A stretch of 64,000 nucleotides of DNA from Terriglobia bacterium. Its GTDB lineage: Bacteria; Acidobacteriota; Terriglobia; 20CM-2-55-15. Made by a program: the position numbers and the translations under genes. Within the stretch, counting starts at the first letter, position 1, and every line of letters starts with the position of its first letter. The DNA is taken from positions 4,346,408 to 4,410,407 of the forward strand of contig CBDHGK010000041.1 of assembly GCA_965263045.1 (NCBI GenBank), written 5' to 3'. The notes below the pieces were generated by a model. That model saw nothing but the letters and a program-made list of their open reading frames with translations. It did no database searches and had not been told where the DNA came from. This document shows, piece after piece, positions 37,487-47,087 of this stretch.

Positions 37487-39190
37487 ATGGACATGACGGA
37501 TCGATCAATTTCCTGGGATCGTGCCATTGGGATCAGCCGGGTTCTCCCTATATATCAACGAAGCCTGCTCTCCATACTGGTTTTCGGAGTATTGCTTTCG
37601 GGATGCCTGACAGCGCGAACGAGGCAGAGCGATCCGCCTGCTGCCGCGGTATTCAATTTCGAGCAGTACGAGGTCGCCATCGGCGCCGCGAATCGACAGA
37701 CCGTTCTAACGGGGTTCCTTTTCGGTGGCGCCGTGGCCGAACTTGCCGTGGTGACCACCGACGAGAGCGAGGACCGCCGCGTGCGCATCTACGCGTTCGG
37801 CGACGGCGCCTGGATGCTCAGACTCGAGGGAACGCTCGGTCCCGATGTGCTGTTCGTCGATGTGGCCAACATCGGCGGACGCGACCGGCTGGTCACCTAC
37901 GAGCCCGGCCGTCTGAACTGGTTCGATCCCGAATCGGCGACGGAACGTGCGCTGGTAGCGGTGACTTCCAACTTCAATCCGCCTCGCAAAGGCGAAATCC
38001 CGCATGTAGACATCACTCGGGACGTAAACGACGACGACCGCGACGACCTGGTCGTGCCGGACGTCGATGGCTTTTGGGTGTTCATCCAGATGAGCGCCGG
38101 CGCGTTCGCCGACCCAGTGAAGATCGGCCCCCCCACCGACATGAGTGGGATCTACGGGTCCGACGGATATCGGTACGACCCCTGGTCTCAGAGCCGTGTC
38201 CACGAGCTGGACTACAACCACGATGGTCGCAGCGACCTGGTGTTCTGGAACGAGAACCACTTCGAGGTGCACACCCAAGACGAGCGTGGGCTGTTTGCCC
38301 CGGCGGCCAGGACCTTCACTACCGATGTGGCATTCGACTCTGACGGTCTCTCCTCGCTCGCCACCGGAGACATGACAGGAAGGGTGCTGCACTCGTTGGC
38401 CGACTTGAACGGGGACGGCGTCGGGGATCTCGTAGTTCACTCGCTGGAGGGCAGGAGCATTTCCAGCAAGCATTCCACCTATGAGGTGCATTTCGGCACA
38501 CCCACAGCCGATGACGGCACCGTGTTCGCACAGGGCGTCGACATCGCGTTCCAGTCGGACGACAGAATTCAGCTCGGGATGGAACCCCACGACTTCGATC
38601 GAGACGGCCAGGTGGAGCTGATGATCACAACCATCCACGTCAGGTTCCTCGAAAACAGTCTCTGGAAGAGAATCAAGGGTTTCATGGGTGATGACATCTG
38701 GCTGGATCTCGAGTTCTACCGAATGGAAAAAGGTCGCTACCCCGACACACCCAACACCACCCGCAGAATCGCGTTAGACGGTGTGCCCAGCCATCGTGAG
38801 CCGGGGTGGGTAACCCTGGACCTCGTGCTTCGAGGGGCGACGCACGAGAGCCGGAACACTCAAAAGAGTTGGCCGCGTGCGTTCAACACGACGTTGCGCA
38901 TCGGGGATGTGACCGGCGACGGCCGCTCAGACCTGCTCATCGCGGATCACCCTCGGATCATGAACGCCAGTGTCGGCGTGGGGGGGCCGGGCCTGTTCGC
39001 CCCGCGGCATCAGGAGGTGGCCCTCGACATCCCCAACGACGAGGAATACACCTGGCTGGTGGACCTCAACCAGGACGGCAAACAGGACATCCTCATGCAT
39101 CGCCCGTTCACTCTAAGAGATGCTCACGGAGCCCGGAGACTGCCGCCCGGAACCGAGCCGCATCGGGTGACGATGCTGATCGCCCGATGA
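37487..39190 (+). CDS. FG-GAP/VCBS-repeat beta-propeller lipoprotein (copy 2, identical protein)
   Basis: Identical translation to 221..1924. Confidence 0.75.
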   Translation: MDMTDRSISWDRAIGISRVLPIYQRSLLSILVFGVLLSGCLTARTRQSDPPAAAVFNFEQYEVAIGAANRQTVLTGFLFGGAVAELAVVTTDESEDRRVRIYAFGDGAWMLRLEGTLGPDVLFVDVANIGGRDRLVTYEPGRLNWFDPESATERALVAVTSNFNPPRKGEIPHVDITRDVNDDDRDDLVVPDVDGFWVFIQMSAGAFADPVKIGPPTDMSGIYGSDGYRYDPWSQSRVHELDYNHDGRSDLVFWNENHFEVHTQDERGLFAPAARTFTTDVAFDSDGLSSLATGDMTGRVLHSLADLNGDGVGDLVVHSLEGRSISSKHSTYEVHFGTPTADDGTVFAQGVDIAFQSDDRIQLGMEPHDFDRDGQVELMITTIHVRFLENSLWKRIKGFMGDDIWLDLEFYRMEKGRYPDTPNTTRRIALDGVPSHREPGWVTLDLVLRGATHESRNTQKSWPRAFNTTLRIGDVTGDGRSDLLIADHPRIMNASVGVGGPGLFAPRHQEVALDIPNDEEYTWLVDLNQDGKQDILMHRPFTLRDAHGARRLPPGTEPHRVTMLIAR

Positions 39191-39218
39191 GCAAAATCAT
39201 AGCGGAGGAACAACGCAC

Positions 39219-39845
39219 ATGATCAAGGCACTCGCTGCAATACTGTTCTCGGTCCTGCTCTGCCTCGGGTCCGTTGTCGACGGCAGCGCTCAGCGGTCCA
39301 CGACTCAAGGCTGGGTATTCGGTCTGGAACTCGGAGGAACGGCCATCTCCTTCCAGAACGAGCCGAGTGACAGAGGAGGACTCGTGGGCGCTCGGGCCGG
39401 CTATGGCCTCAACGGGATCGTCACACCGTACCTGGGCATATACGAAGCCGACGTCGACGTCCGGGGGTTTGATGCCTTCGACAAAGTGACATTTGGCCAC
39501 ATCGACCTCGGGGTGAGGCTGCACTTGGCCAATAGCCGCCGCCGGTGGGTCCCTTATGGCGACCTTGCTGTTACATTCTGGCCTGTGAGCGACGTTAAGA
39601 AGCACCAGGAACGGACCACCACCGACTTCGGGGGAAGGGCGACCTCCAGCCTGGGAGGCGGACTCGCCATCTACCTGTCTGAGGCGTGGGCCCTCGATGT
39701 GAACTTCAAGAGAGGCACGGGAGGGTTCAGAGACATCGAGCTTGACAACATCTCGTGTGGCGGGACGAGCGAACATTTGCACACATTCCTCGACATCTGG
39801 GCCGAATCGGCTCGGTTCACCATCGGGCTTTCGTGGTGGCCGTAG
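39219..39845 (+). CDS. 8-strand outer-membrane beta-barrel protein (copy 2; 3 aa substitutions versus copy 1)
   Basis: RRF/RGF, FKDIEVDNISRGG / FRDIELDNISCGG differences, plus synonymous and 3'-UTR SNPs. Confidence 0.65.
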   Translation: MIKALAAILFSVLLCLGSVVDGSAQRSTTQGWVFGLELGGTAISFQNEPSDRGGLVGARAGYGLNGIVTPYLGIYEADVDVRGFDAFDKVTFGHIDLGVRLHLANSRRRWVPYGDLAVTFWPVSDVKKHQERTTTDFGGRATSSLGGGLAIYLSEAWALDVNFKRGTGGFRDIELDNISCGGTSEHLHTFLDIWAESARFTIGLSWWP

Positions 39846-40332
39846 CCCGAGAGCGGAAGTGGGTTGCGCCGCGAGATGCGAGGGCACCGTTTGGGGGACG
39901 GATAGGAGATTCAAAACGCCCAGGCGGCCTGCGGAGCAAGGTCGGGTGAGCCTTTCTGCGGTAGCAGGGATGATTCTGGTCGGCGTCATCGCTAGAATCG
40001 CCTTGTTCTGGTAGTTCCCGTACTTGAGGCACTTGCCTGCACGATCATTCGTCCCGGGCTGAACAAATCACCCTGAGAAACAATACCGTCAAATCGTGCG
40101 AAATGACCTGAAAGCAAAGCCCATATGAATCCCCGTGTACTGGTCAGTTACTCCCTCGTATTGGCGCTGGTGATCGCGTCCCGGACCGCATGTGCGCAGC
40201 CCAGCGCGGGAACTCCGAACGTCAACGAGGCAGGTTCCGATAGTCGGGCGACGACACCATAAAGGAGCTTTTCTTCCTGATTCGGAGGCCGGTAGTCGTC
40301 GATAGCCACAAAGGAACTCTGGAAGCTCCGCT

Positions 40333-40734
40333 CTAGAACTGTCCACTTGACGGGGAGCTTACGGACTGACTGCCTTTGGCACCCGCGCCGGCTGCATGGA
40401 TCGCCTTGGTCTCTTCGTCATGCGTCTGGAGCACCGTCGATAGCTTTGTGATTTCGATCAGATTCCGAACGCGCTCCGTCGGATTCAACAGCGTGACCGT
40501 GCCCGCGAAATCCCTAAGTGTGAGATGGATGAGAATGATCTCTTCGAGTCCGGCGCTGTCGATATAGGAAACCTCACTGAGGTTTAGAACGAGATTGACC
40601 CCTTTTTCTCCGACGAGCAGGCTCATGGCCTCGCGAAACTGCAATGTGGATTCGCCTGCACACAATCGACCGGCCACATCGATAATCTGCACGCCACGGT
40701 CGGTCCGCGTATTCAAGGAGAGTGTCATAACCAC
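40333..40734 (-). CDS. STAS-domain anti-sigma-factor antagonist (SpoIIAA/RsbV-like)
   Basis: GVQIIDVAGRL...NLVLNLSEVSYIDSAGLEEIILIHL matches the STAS fold pattern. Confidence 0.65.
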   Translation of the reverse strand: MVMTLSLNTRTDRGVQIIDVAGRLCAGESTLQFREAMSLLVGEKGVNLVLNLSEVSYIDSAGLEEIILIHLTLRDFAGTVTLLNPTERVRNLIEITKLSTVLQTHDEETKAIHAAGAGAKGSQSVSSPSSGQF

Positions 40735-40822
40735 CTTCTGTTTATTTGCTGAGTGAGCGACATGGAACGTTTCCAGTGATCACTGGAAACGTTCCCGGTA
40801 GTGCCAGTTGACGTCCCATCGT

Positions 40823-41367
40823 TTAGGAGGTCAACTCCGTTTCCGTGATTTCCACACGCAGATTGTTGGTCACTGAGAAGACCCCAGAAACGCCGTTTGC
40901 GACAAGGTAGGCTATGTCACTGTGTGTCTTGGACAGGACAACGCCCTCAAGAGTCACATTTCCGTTATTGACGATGATGTGGATATCGGATCGATAAGGG
41001 AGGAGACCGAAAGAAACCCCCGTCCGCACGTACTTGTTCAGTACCAGATTAGAGGAGATGGCCCTCGCCATATCCAGGCGGATGCGGTCGTCGTGGAAAG
41101 AGGTCGGTAAGACCTCGATCTGGTTTTCGACGCTTGTGATGCCCTCTATCTCGCCCACCGCCCGCTCGGCGGACCTCTTCAGTGCCGGCCACCAGACCTC
41201 CCCGGAAAGGGTCACCTTAGAACCATCGGTCCGGAAAGACAGATTGTCAAACATGCTGTAGTACGACAGAGTTACCAATTCCCGCCTAATCTTGGGCACG
41301 AGTGAAGAAGCCAGGTCCATCGACGCAAATGCGACCGGAGAGAATAGGACCCAACTGAAGACGAAAC
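40823..41367 (-). pseudogene. BON-domain (OsmY-like) protein, 5' end severed by IS66 insertion (original first 13 codons at 43878..43916)
   Basis: Two BON-like segments (…VTLSGEVWWPALKRSAERAVGEIEGITSVENQIEV; …IHIIVNNGNVTLEGVVLSKTHSDIAYLVANGVSGVFSVTNNLRV). Excising the IS and one TSD restores MRSNIQKSILSFVFSWVLFSPVAFA|SMDLASS, preceded by a GAGGAG RBS. Confidence 0.7.
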
Positions 41368-41456
41368 GTAAGCGTCCGAAGAAGACCGTATGGCTGAGTA
41401 GGTGATGACGGGTCATCCTTGTAGAGAGCCGCGAGCGCGGCCGAAAGCGAGGAAAG

Positions 41457-41825
41457 ATGGAGACAAATGGATCGACAGGCAGGGTGCGGCGGATGCGGTC
41501 GAAAGCCGAGCGACGGCAGATCGTCGAAGAGAGTTTGCGGCCCGGTGCTTCAGTGGCCCGAGTGGCTCTGGCGCATGGGGTGAATGCCAATCAGGTATTT
41601 AACTGGCGCAAGCTGTTCCGGGAAGGGCGGCTCGAAGTGGAGGGGCCTTCGGCCAGTCTGCTTCCTGTAAAGATCACCGAACAGGTTGGACGAGGGTCGA
41701 GGCGCAGGTCCGGGACGACGACTCCTGGAGCGATCGACATCGACCTGGGCCATGCCCGGGTGCGAATCGAAGGGAAGGCGGATCCGGATTGTGTGCGCGC
41801 AGCTCTGGAAGGACTGGCCCGATGA
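41457..41825 (+). CDS. IS66 TnpA (orf1, HTH)
   Basis: RRMRSKAERRQIVEESLRPGASVARVALAHGVNANQVFNWRK. Confidence 0.8.
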   Translation: METNGSTGRVRRMRSKAERRQIVEESLRPGASVARVALAHGVNANQVFNWRKLFREGRLEVEGPSASLLPVKITEQVGRGSRRRSGTTTPGAIDIDLGHARVRIEGKADPDCVRAALEGLAR

Positions 41826-42190
41826 TCGCGCTGCCGACGGGCACACGGATCTGGATTGCGGCCGGTGTGACCGACATGCGGAAAGGGTTCACTGGATTGA
41901 GCGCGACAGCGCAGACGGTGTTGGACGCGAATCCGTATTCCGGGCATGTCTTTGTGTTCCGGGGACGGCGTGGGGATTTGATCAAGCTGCTGTGGTGGGA
42001 TGGGGATGGATTGTGTTTATTTGCGAAGCGACTGGAGCGGGGTCGATTCGTCTGGCCGCAGGCTGAAAGCGGGAGCGTGTCGCTGAGTCGGGCCCAGTTG
42101 TCGATGTTGATGGAAGGAATCGACTGGCGACGCCCGATACGGACACACACACCGATGGCTGAAGTATATAGAAGGCTGAAACACGATTAA
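41822..42190 (+). CDS. IS66 TnpB (orf2)
   Basis: MIALPTGTRIWIAAGVTDMRKGFTGLSA...VFVFRGRRGDLIKLLWWDGDGLCLFAKRLERGRF. ATGA overlap with tnpA. Confidence 0.85.
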   Translation: MIALPTGTRIWIAAGVTDMRKGFTGLSATAQTVLDANPYSGHVFVFRGRRGDLIKLLWWDGDGLCLFAKRLERGRFVWPQAESGSVSLSRAQLSMLMEGIDWRRPIRTHTPMAEVYRRLKHD

Positions 42191-42223
42191 CAGTGACCCG
42201 ATTCGTCCGGTAGTTGTGGCACA

Positions 42224-43786
42224 GTGATGATCGTGGCGCCGACGCTTGCAGTCCTACCGAATCTCAACGCTCTCGATGCCGATGCCTTGAAGGCACTGGT
42301 CATTGAGCAGCACTCCGAACTGATCTCGAACAAGTCCGAAATCGACAATCTGAAGTTGCTCATCCTGAAGTTGAAGCGGATGCAGTTTGGACGCCGCTCC
42401 GAGAAACTGGACCGCCAGATCGAACAACTGGAACTGCGACTGGAAGATCTGGAAACGGTACCGGATGCCAAACCAGTAATGGCGGCGGATGCGCCATCGG
42501 TGGTTTCAAACCGGCCGACAAGGGGCCCGCTGCCGGCAGAACTGCCACGGGAAACCCAGACACTGCAGCCCGATGAAGACGCCTGTCCTGATTGTGGCGG
42601 CACGCTGGGCACGCTGGGCGCAGATGTATCGGAAACTCTGGAATACGTCCCGATGCGCTTCAAGGTGATCCGCACGGTGCGGCCCAAACTGAGCTGCAGG
42701 CGGTGTGACCGCATTGTGCAGCAGCCGGCCCCCCATCGGCCGATCCCTCGGGGCCTGGCCGGACCCGGTCTGCTGGCTCACGTCATGGTGGCCAAGTATG
42801 CGGACCATCTTCCACTCTATCGGCAGTCGGAGATCTACGCTCGCGTCGGGGTGGAACTGGAGCGATCGACGTTGGCCGGATGGGTCGGAGGCACGAGTCG
42901 GACTCTGGAACCTCTGGTCGATGCCATCCAGCAATACGTGCTCGAAGCCGACAAGCTGCACGGCGATGACACTCCGGTTCCGGTCCTGGCACCGGGCAAC
43001 GGCAAGACGAAGACAGGGCGTCTGTGGACGTATGTTCGGGACGACCGGCCCGCCGGCAGTGGGGAAGCACCGGCCGTTTGGTTCGCCTACTCACCCGACC
43101 GCAAGGGCGCGCATCCGGGGAAACACCTCCAACGCTTCAATGGAACGCTGCAGGCCGATGGATTCGCTGGATTCAACAGGGTGTACGAAACCGGTACCGT
43201 TCGAGAAGCCGCTTGCTGGGCGCATGTTCGGCGGAAGTTCTATGACCTGTATGAAGCGCACCGATCACCGGTCGCGGAAGAAGCGCTTCAGCGCATCGCG
43301 GCGCTTTACGGAATCGAGCAAGAGATTCGCGGCCGACCTCCCGACGAGCGGCAACAGATCCGCCAGGCGCGAGCGCGACCATTACTGGAATCCTTTGAGG
43401 CGTGGCTTCAAAGATCCCTAACGAAGCTATCCAAAAAATCGGACACATCCAAGGCGGTGCACTACGCGCTCGGCCGATGGCCTGCATAACTGCGCTATTG
43501 CGGTGATGGTCAGATCGAGATCGACAACAATGCGGCCGAACGCGCGCTTCGAGCGGTGGCGATTGGACGCAAGAACTACCTGTTCGCGGGCTCGGACTCC
43601 GGCGGAGAGCGCACTGCAGCTATGTACAGCCTGATCGGCTCGGCCAAACTCAACGGCATCGATCCTGAAGCCTATCTATCTTACGTCCTGGCCCGGATCG
43701 CGGATCACCCGATCCGTCGCATCGAGGAACTGTTGCCCTGGAACGTCGCTCCTATCCTCGCCGAACAGTCCGTCACGACTGACTGA
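42224..43786 (+). pseudogene. IS66 TnpC transposase with in-frame TAA at 43487..43489
   Basis: Zn-finger CPDCGG...CRRCDR, then ...HYALGRWPA*LRYCGDGQIEIDNNAAERALRAVAIGRKNYLFAGSD continues in the same frame after the stop. Confidence 0.8.
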
Positions 43787-44124
43787 CCCCCTCAATCTGG
43801 ATGTGTCCACAACTCGAAGTTGTGGACACGACCGATCGCCTACCTCATCCTCGCTGCTGTCAACACGTGCTACTTCGGACGCTTACGACGAAACTTAATA
43901 TCGATTTCTGAATGTTGCTCCTCATTTGATTTCTCCTCTTTTTCTTGGTTCGTCGCTAGTGAGTGCAACAAGTAGCCGACTTCTTACACTTTCGATTGAC
44001 AGTGTTGCCCCGACATCGGTGACCTGCCCCAATAAACCAATCCACAGAGAAAGATAGAGTCAGTTCCGGATGCTTCTTTCGGAATATCCTTCAATGATTC
44101 GTAGTGTTGGCAACCGGGGGCTGA

Positions 44125-44490
44125 ATGGACTTCATAATCGCCGGCGCAGTCCGGTTACCGTTAGGAAATCGTGGTGGAGCACCGAAGGAGGTTCATTTGG
44201 CCGATCTGGGTGCCGAGGTGCTGAGGCAGACGCTGATCAGTTGCGGTGTTGAAGCCTCGTCGGTTCAGGAAGTCATACTCGGGAACGTGATCGAAGCCGG
44301 AATCGGTATGAATCCCAGCGCGCCAGCCTGCGATCAAGGAAGGCATCGGCCAGAACGTTCCTTCCCATACCATCAATCAGGTCTGCGGTTGCGGTCTGAA
44401 AGCCGTGACACTGACCCCGCACGCCATCCGTGCAGGCGATGGGGATGTTGTCCTGGCGGGTGAGATCGAGTCGATCAGTACCGCGTCAGG
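44125..44490 (+). pseudogene. Thiolase (acetyl-CoA acetyltransferase) N-terminal fragment, frameshifted and truncated
   Basis: MDFIIAGAVRLPLGNRGG...VILGNVIEAGIGMNPS, then out of frame VCGCGLKAVTLTPHAIRAGDGDVVLAGEIESIS. Only about 120 of ~390 codons remain, ending at the convergent htrA. Confidence 0.6.
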
Positions 44491-44558
44491 CTCGTACTGG
44501 CGATTGGGACTGCAGCTTGGAACTCGGCGGATGGCGTCAGATCGACGCCAACCTGAGG

Positions 44559-45941
44559 CTAGTCCAGCTGAACCTCCACATAAGACAGACTGCCGCGACG
44601 CTCTATCTGAAGGACGATCGAATCCCCGGATTGATATTCCTCGAGGACCGACGCCAGTCCATCGATCGTGGTAAGCGGTCTGTTGTTGATGCTGTAGATA
44701 ATGTCGCCGGGCCGGAAAAGCCCGGTCGGTGCGCGGGCTGCCGCAGCCAGGCTCGTCACAAGAATCCCCTCGGGCTGTCGCGCTCGGGTCAGCATCCGGC
44801 GGACGTCTTCATCGACAGCGACGGCCAGAATCCCGAGTCGGGATACAAGCTCCTGCTGCTGGTCGAACTTGGCAATGCATCTGGAGTCGTCGGGCCGAAC
44901 GCGGACCACGACCCATCGGGTTAATTCTTGGGCCCCACGGAGGATACTCAGGACCACTGCCTCGTTCGCCCCGTGCCAATAGAGGTTGACGTAAAACTGT
45001 CGCGCATTTTCCATCGGCTTGCCGTTCAGGGAACGGATGACGTCTCCAACACGAAGACCTCCCAGGTAGGCGGGCCCACCGAGATAGACATCCGCCAAGA
45101 CCACACCATGGTCACGCCCAAGTCCCAGTCCAGTCGCCAGCGCGGGAGTGATGGTCTGTACGGCAACACCGATCTCGCCTCGCATGAAGACTCCGTTTTC
45201 GCGTAACTGCTCGACGACAGAACGGACGATGTTACTGGGAACCGCGAAGCCAAGGCCGTCCCGACCGCCGAAGATCATCGTGTTGATCCCGACCACGTTG
45301 CCTCCCACGTCGACAAGCGGTCCACCACTGTTACCGGGATTGATTGGCGCATCTGTCTGGAGATAAATCATCCGGCTGTCTGGCTCCAACTGCCTGGCCG
45401 CCGAGCTGATGACGCCCATACTGACCGAATTATCCAACCCTAGAGGGCTACCGAAAGCGAGCACGATTTGACCCTGCCGCACTTCCTCGGAATCCGCCAG
45501 CTCCAAAACCGGGAGGCCCGTGGCCTCAACCTTGAGCAAGGCCAGGTCCGTTTCCGGATCGATTCCAATAACCTTGGCCGGGAGCCGTTTGCCTCGGGGC
45601 TGCACCACACTCCGCCCGGCGGAGCCGTCTCGGAAGGCCAACTGGATCTGGACCCGTGTTGCTCCGGCAACGACGTGGGCATTCGTCACGATTAGCCCAT
45701 TCGAACTCACTATGATTCCCGAACCCGTGCTGGCCCGCAGTGCAACGGCCCCGGTACCCCGGGTCCCAACGGCCGGCTCATAGGAGTTGCTCTGAACCTG
45801 AACAACGCTCGGAATGATCGTTTCTGTCAGACGGGCTATCGATCCGTTCAGGGCTTCGAGCACATCCGGGCCATTCGATTGGGCGGCGAGAGGGATCGCG
45901 GCAAGGCCGCCGAACAACAAGAACAAAATTAGTGATCTCAT
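44559..45941 (-). CDS. htrA: HtrA/DegP/DegQ-family periplasmic serine protease (trypsin-like domain plus two PDZ)
   Basis: Signal peptide, His in TNAHVV, the Asp, GNSGGPL catalytic serine motif, and two PDZ-like C-terminal regions. Confidence 0.85.
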   Translation of the reverse strand: MRSLILFLLFGGLAAIPLAAQSNGPDVLEALNGSIARLTETIIPSVVQVQSNSYEPAVGTRGTGAVALRASTGSGIIVSSNGLIVTNAHVVAGATRVQIQLAFRDGSAGRSVVQPRGKRLPAKVIGIDPETDLALLKVEATGLPVLELADSEEVRQGQIVLAFGSPLGLDNSVSMGVISSAARQLEPDSRMIYLQTDAPINPGNSGGPLVDVGGNVVGINTMIFGGRDGLGFAVPSNIVRSVVEQLRENGVFMRGEIGVAVQTITPALATGLGLGRDHGVVLADVYLGGPAYLGGLRVGDVIRSLNGKPMENARQFYVNLYWHGANEAVVLSILRGAQELTRWVVVRVRPDDSRCIAKFDQQQELVSRLGILAVAVDEDVRRMLTRARQPEGILVTSLAAAARAPTGLFRPGDIIYSINNRPLTTIDGLASVLEEYQSGDSIVLQIERRGSLSYVEVQLD

Positions 45942-46049
45942 AGGGTTCCTCTCATTTCTCTTCGGTGTTCTAGATGGCGCATTTCCACGGGTCGCACAAC
46001 CACCGGACGCGCCGAGCTGGCACGTTCATCCAATGGAGCGCCATCGGAA

Positions 46050-46358
46050 TTACCTTTCATCAGGCGACCCCGCGTCCCGCTCCTGCCGTTCGGCACCGTC
46101 GTTCGAGCGTGGAGTTGCACCCTTCAGAATCTGATCCTCGAGCCGCTCGAGAACCGCGGCCTCCTCAGGCTGCGTTCTCCACATCTGGCGTGCGGCCGCT
46201 CCAATCTTGCGTATCTGCTCCTGGTAGCGTCGGCACTTTCGACACATGAGGAGATGCATCCGCACTGCGAGCCGATGCCACGATCCGGTATTCAGGAGCT
46301 GATCGCTGGATAAGCTCTCGGTGACTTCCTTACACTTCAGCATGACTTCCCCTGACAC
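46050..46358 (-). CDS. Anti-sigma factor, zf-HC2 type (start may be at 46343)
   Basis: The MHLLMCRKCRRY HxxxCxxC zinc motif lies immediately downstream of, and overlaps, the ECF sigma gene. Confidence 0.6.
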   Translation of the reverse strand: MSGEVMLKCKEVTESLSSDQLLNTGSWHRLAVRMHLLMCRKCRRYQEQIRKIGAAARQMWRTQPEEAAVLERLEDQILKGATPRSNDGAERQERDAGSPDER

Positions 46359-46932
46359 CTCTGTTTTCGAGGCACTCCCGGAGCCGGCTTCGTCCGCGGT
46401 ACAGGAGCACTCCTAAGTTGGTGTTCGTTACGTCGAGAATCTTACAGATTTCCTCCGTCGAGAGCTCCTGCACTTCACGCAGGACGAACGCCATCCTCTG
46501 TGCGATGGGCAAATTCTCCAGGCAGGCCTCGATGAATTCCCTCACCTCGTCGCCGTAAAGCTTCATCGGTTGAGGCGGATGCGCCCACGTCCCATCCGGC
46601 TTGAAACGACGCTCAAGGACGTCTTCGATGTCATCGGCCTTTTGCTCGCGCTGAAGCCCTCGCCTCGCCTCAGCGATTTTCCGGTAGAGGATACCGAACA
46701 GCCAGGTGCGCACATGCGACCGGCCTTCGAACTGCGACGCCTTCTCGATGAACGTGGCAAATGTAGCCTGGGTGACGTCTTCGGCACGGTCTGGATCGAG
46801 ACCCGCCCCGCGTGCCGCCCGGAGGATCTGCTGCAAGTAAGCCTGGACGACGGCCTGGATTACTTCAGCATCGCCCGCTCGGATTCTTGCCGCAAGCCCC
46901 GGATCGTCAATATTCACTTCAGTAGTCGCCAT
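46330..46932 (-). CDS. ECF (sigma-70 family group IV) sigma factor
   Basis: Region 2 (AEDVTQATFATFIEKASQFEG...RTWLFGILYRKI) and region 4 (AFVLREVQELSTEEICKILDVTNTNLGVLLYRGRSRLRE). Confidence 0.8.
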   Translation of the reverse strand: MATTEVNIDDPGLAARIRAGDAEVIQAVVQAYLQQILRAARGAGLDPDRAEDVTQATFATFIEKASQFEGRSHVRTWLFGILYRKIAEARRGLQREQKADDIEDVLERRFKPDGTWAHPPQPMKLYGDEVREFIEACLENLPIAQRMAFVLREVQELSTEEICKILDVTNTNLGVLLYRGRSRLRECLENRGVRGSHAEV

Positions 46933-47087
46933 CGAGCGTTCCCTGTTGAAGTTCCGAGGTGTAAGAATTTGCCGGCATGGTGCACTCACTAACAGGACAG
47001 AACACGGGTTGGCGTCGGAAGGCAACCCGATCTTAGGACTAAAACAAACAGTCTGCAACACAGACTTTAAATGAGGAGAAAGACTAG

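Larger units (their letters stand above)
37267..39992. repeat. Segmental duplication copy 2
   Basis: See copy 1. The same gene trio in direct orientation. Confidence 0.95.
41368..43877 (+). mobile_element. IS66-family element with 8-bp target-site duplication GACGAAAC (41360-41367 and 43878-43885)
   Basis: Terminal IRs begin GTAAGCGTCCGAAGAAG (left) and end CTTCGGACGCTTAC (right). Three-ORF IS66 organisation. The flanking 8-bp direct repeat is perfect. Confidence 0.9.

Noticed and set aside
40120-40260. 45-codon ORF with signal-peptide-like N-terminus (MNPRVLVSYSLVLALVIASRTACAQP...)
   Set aside because: Too short, with no supporting RBS or conservation evidence. I left it unannotated.
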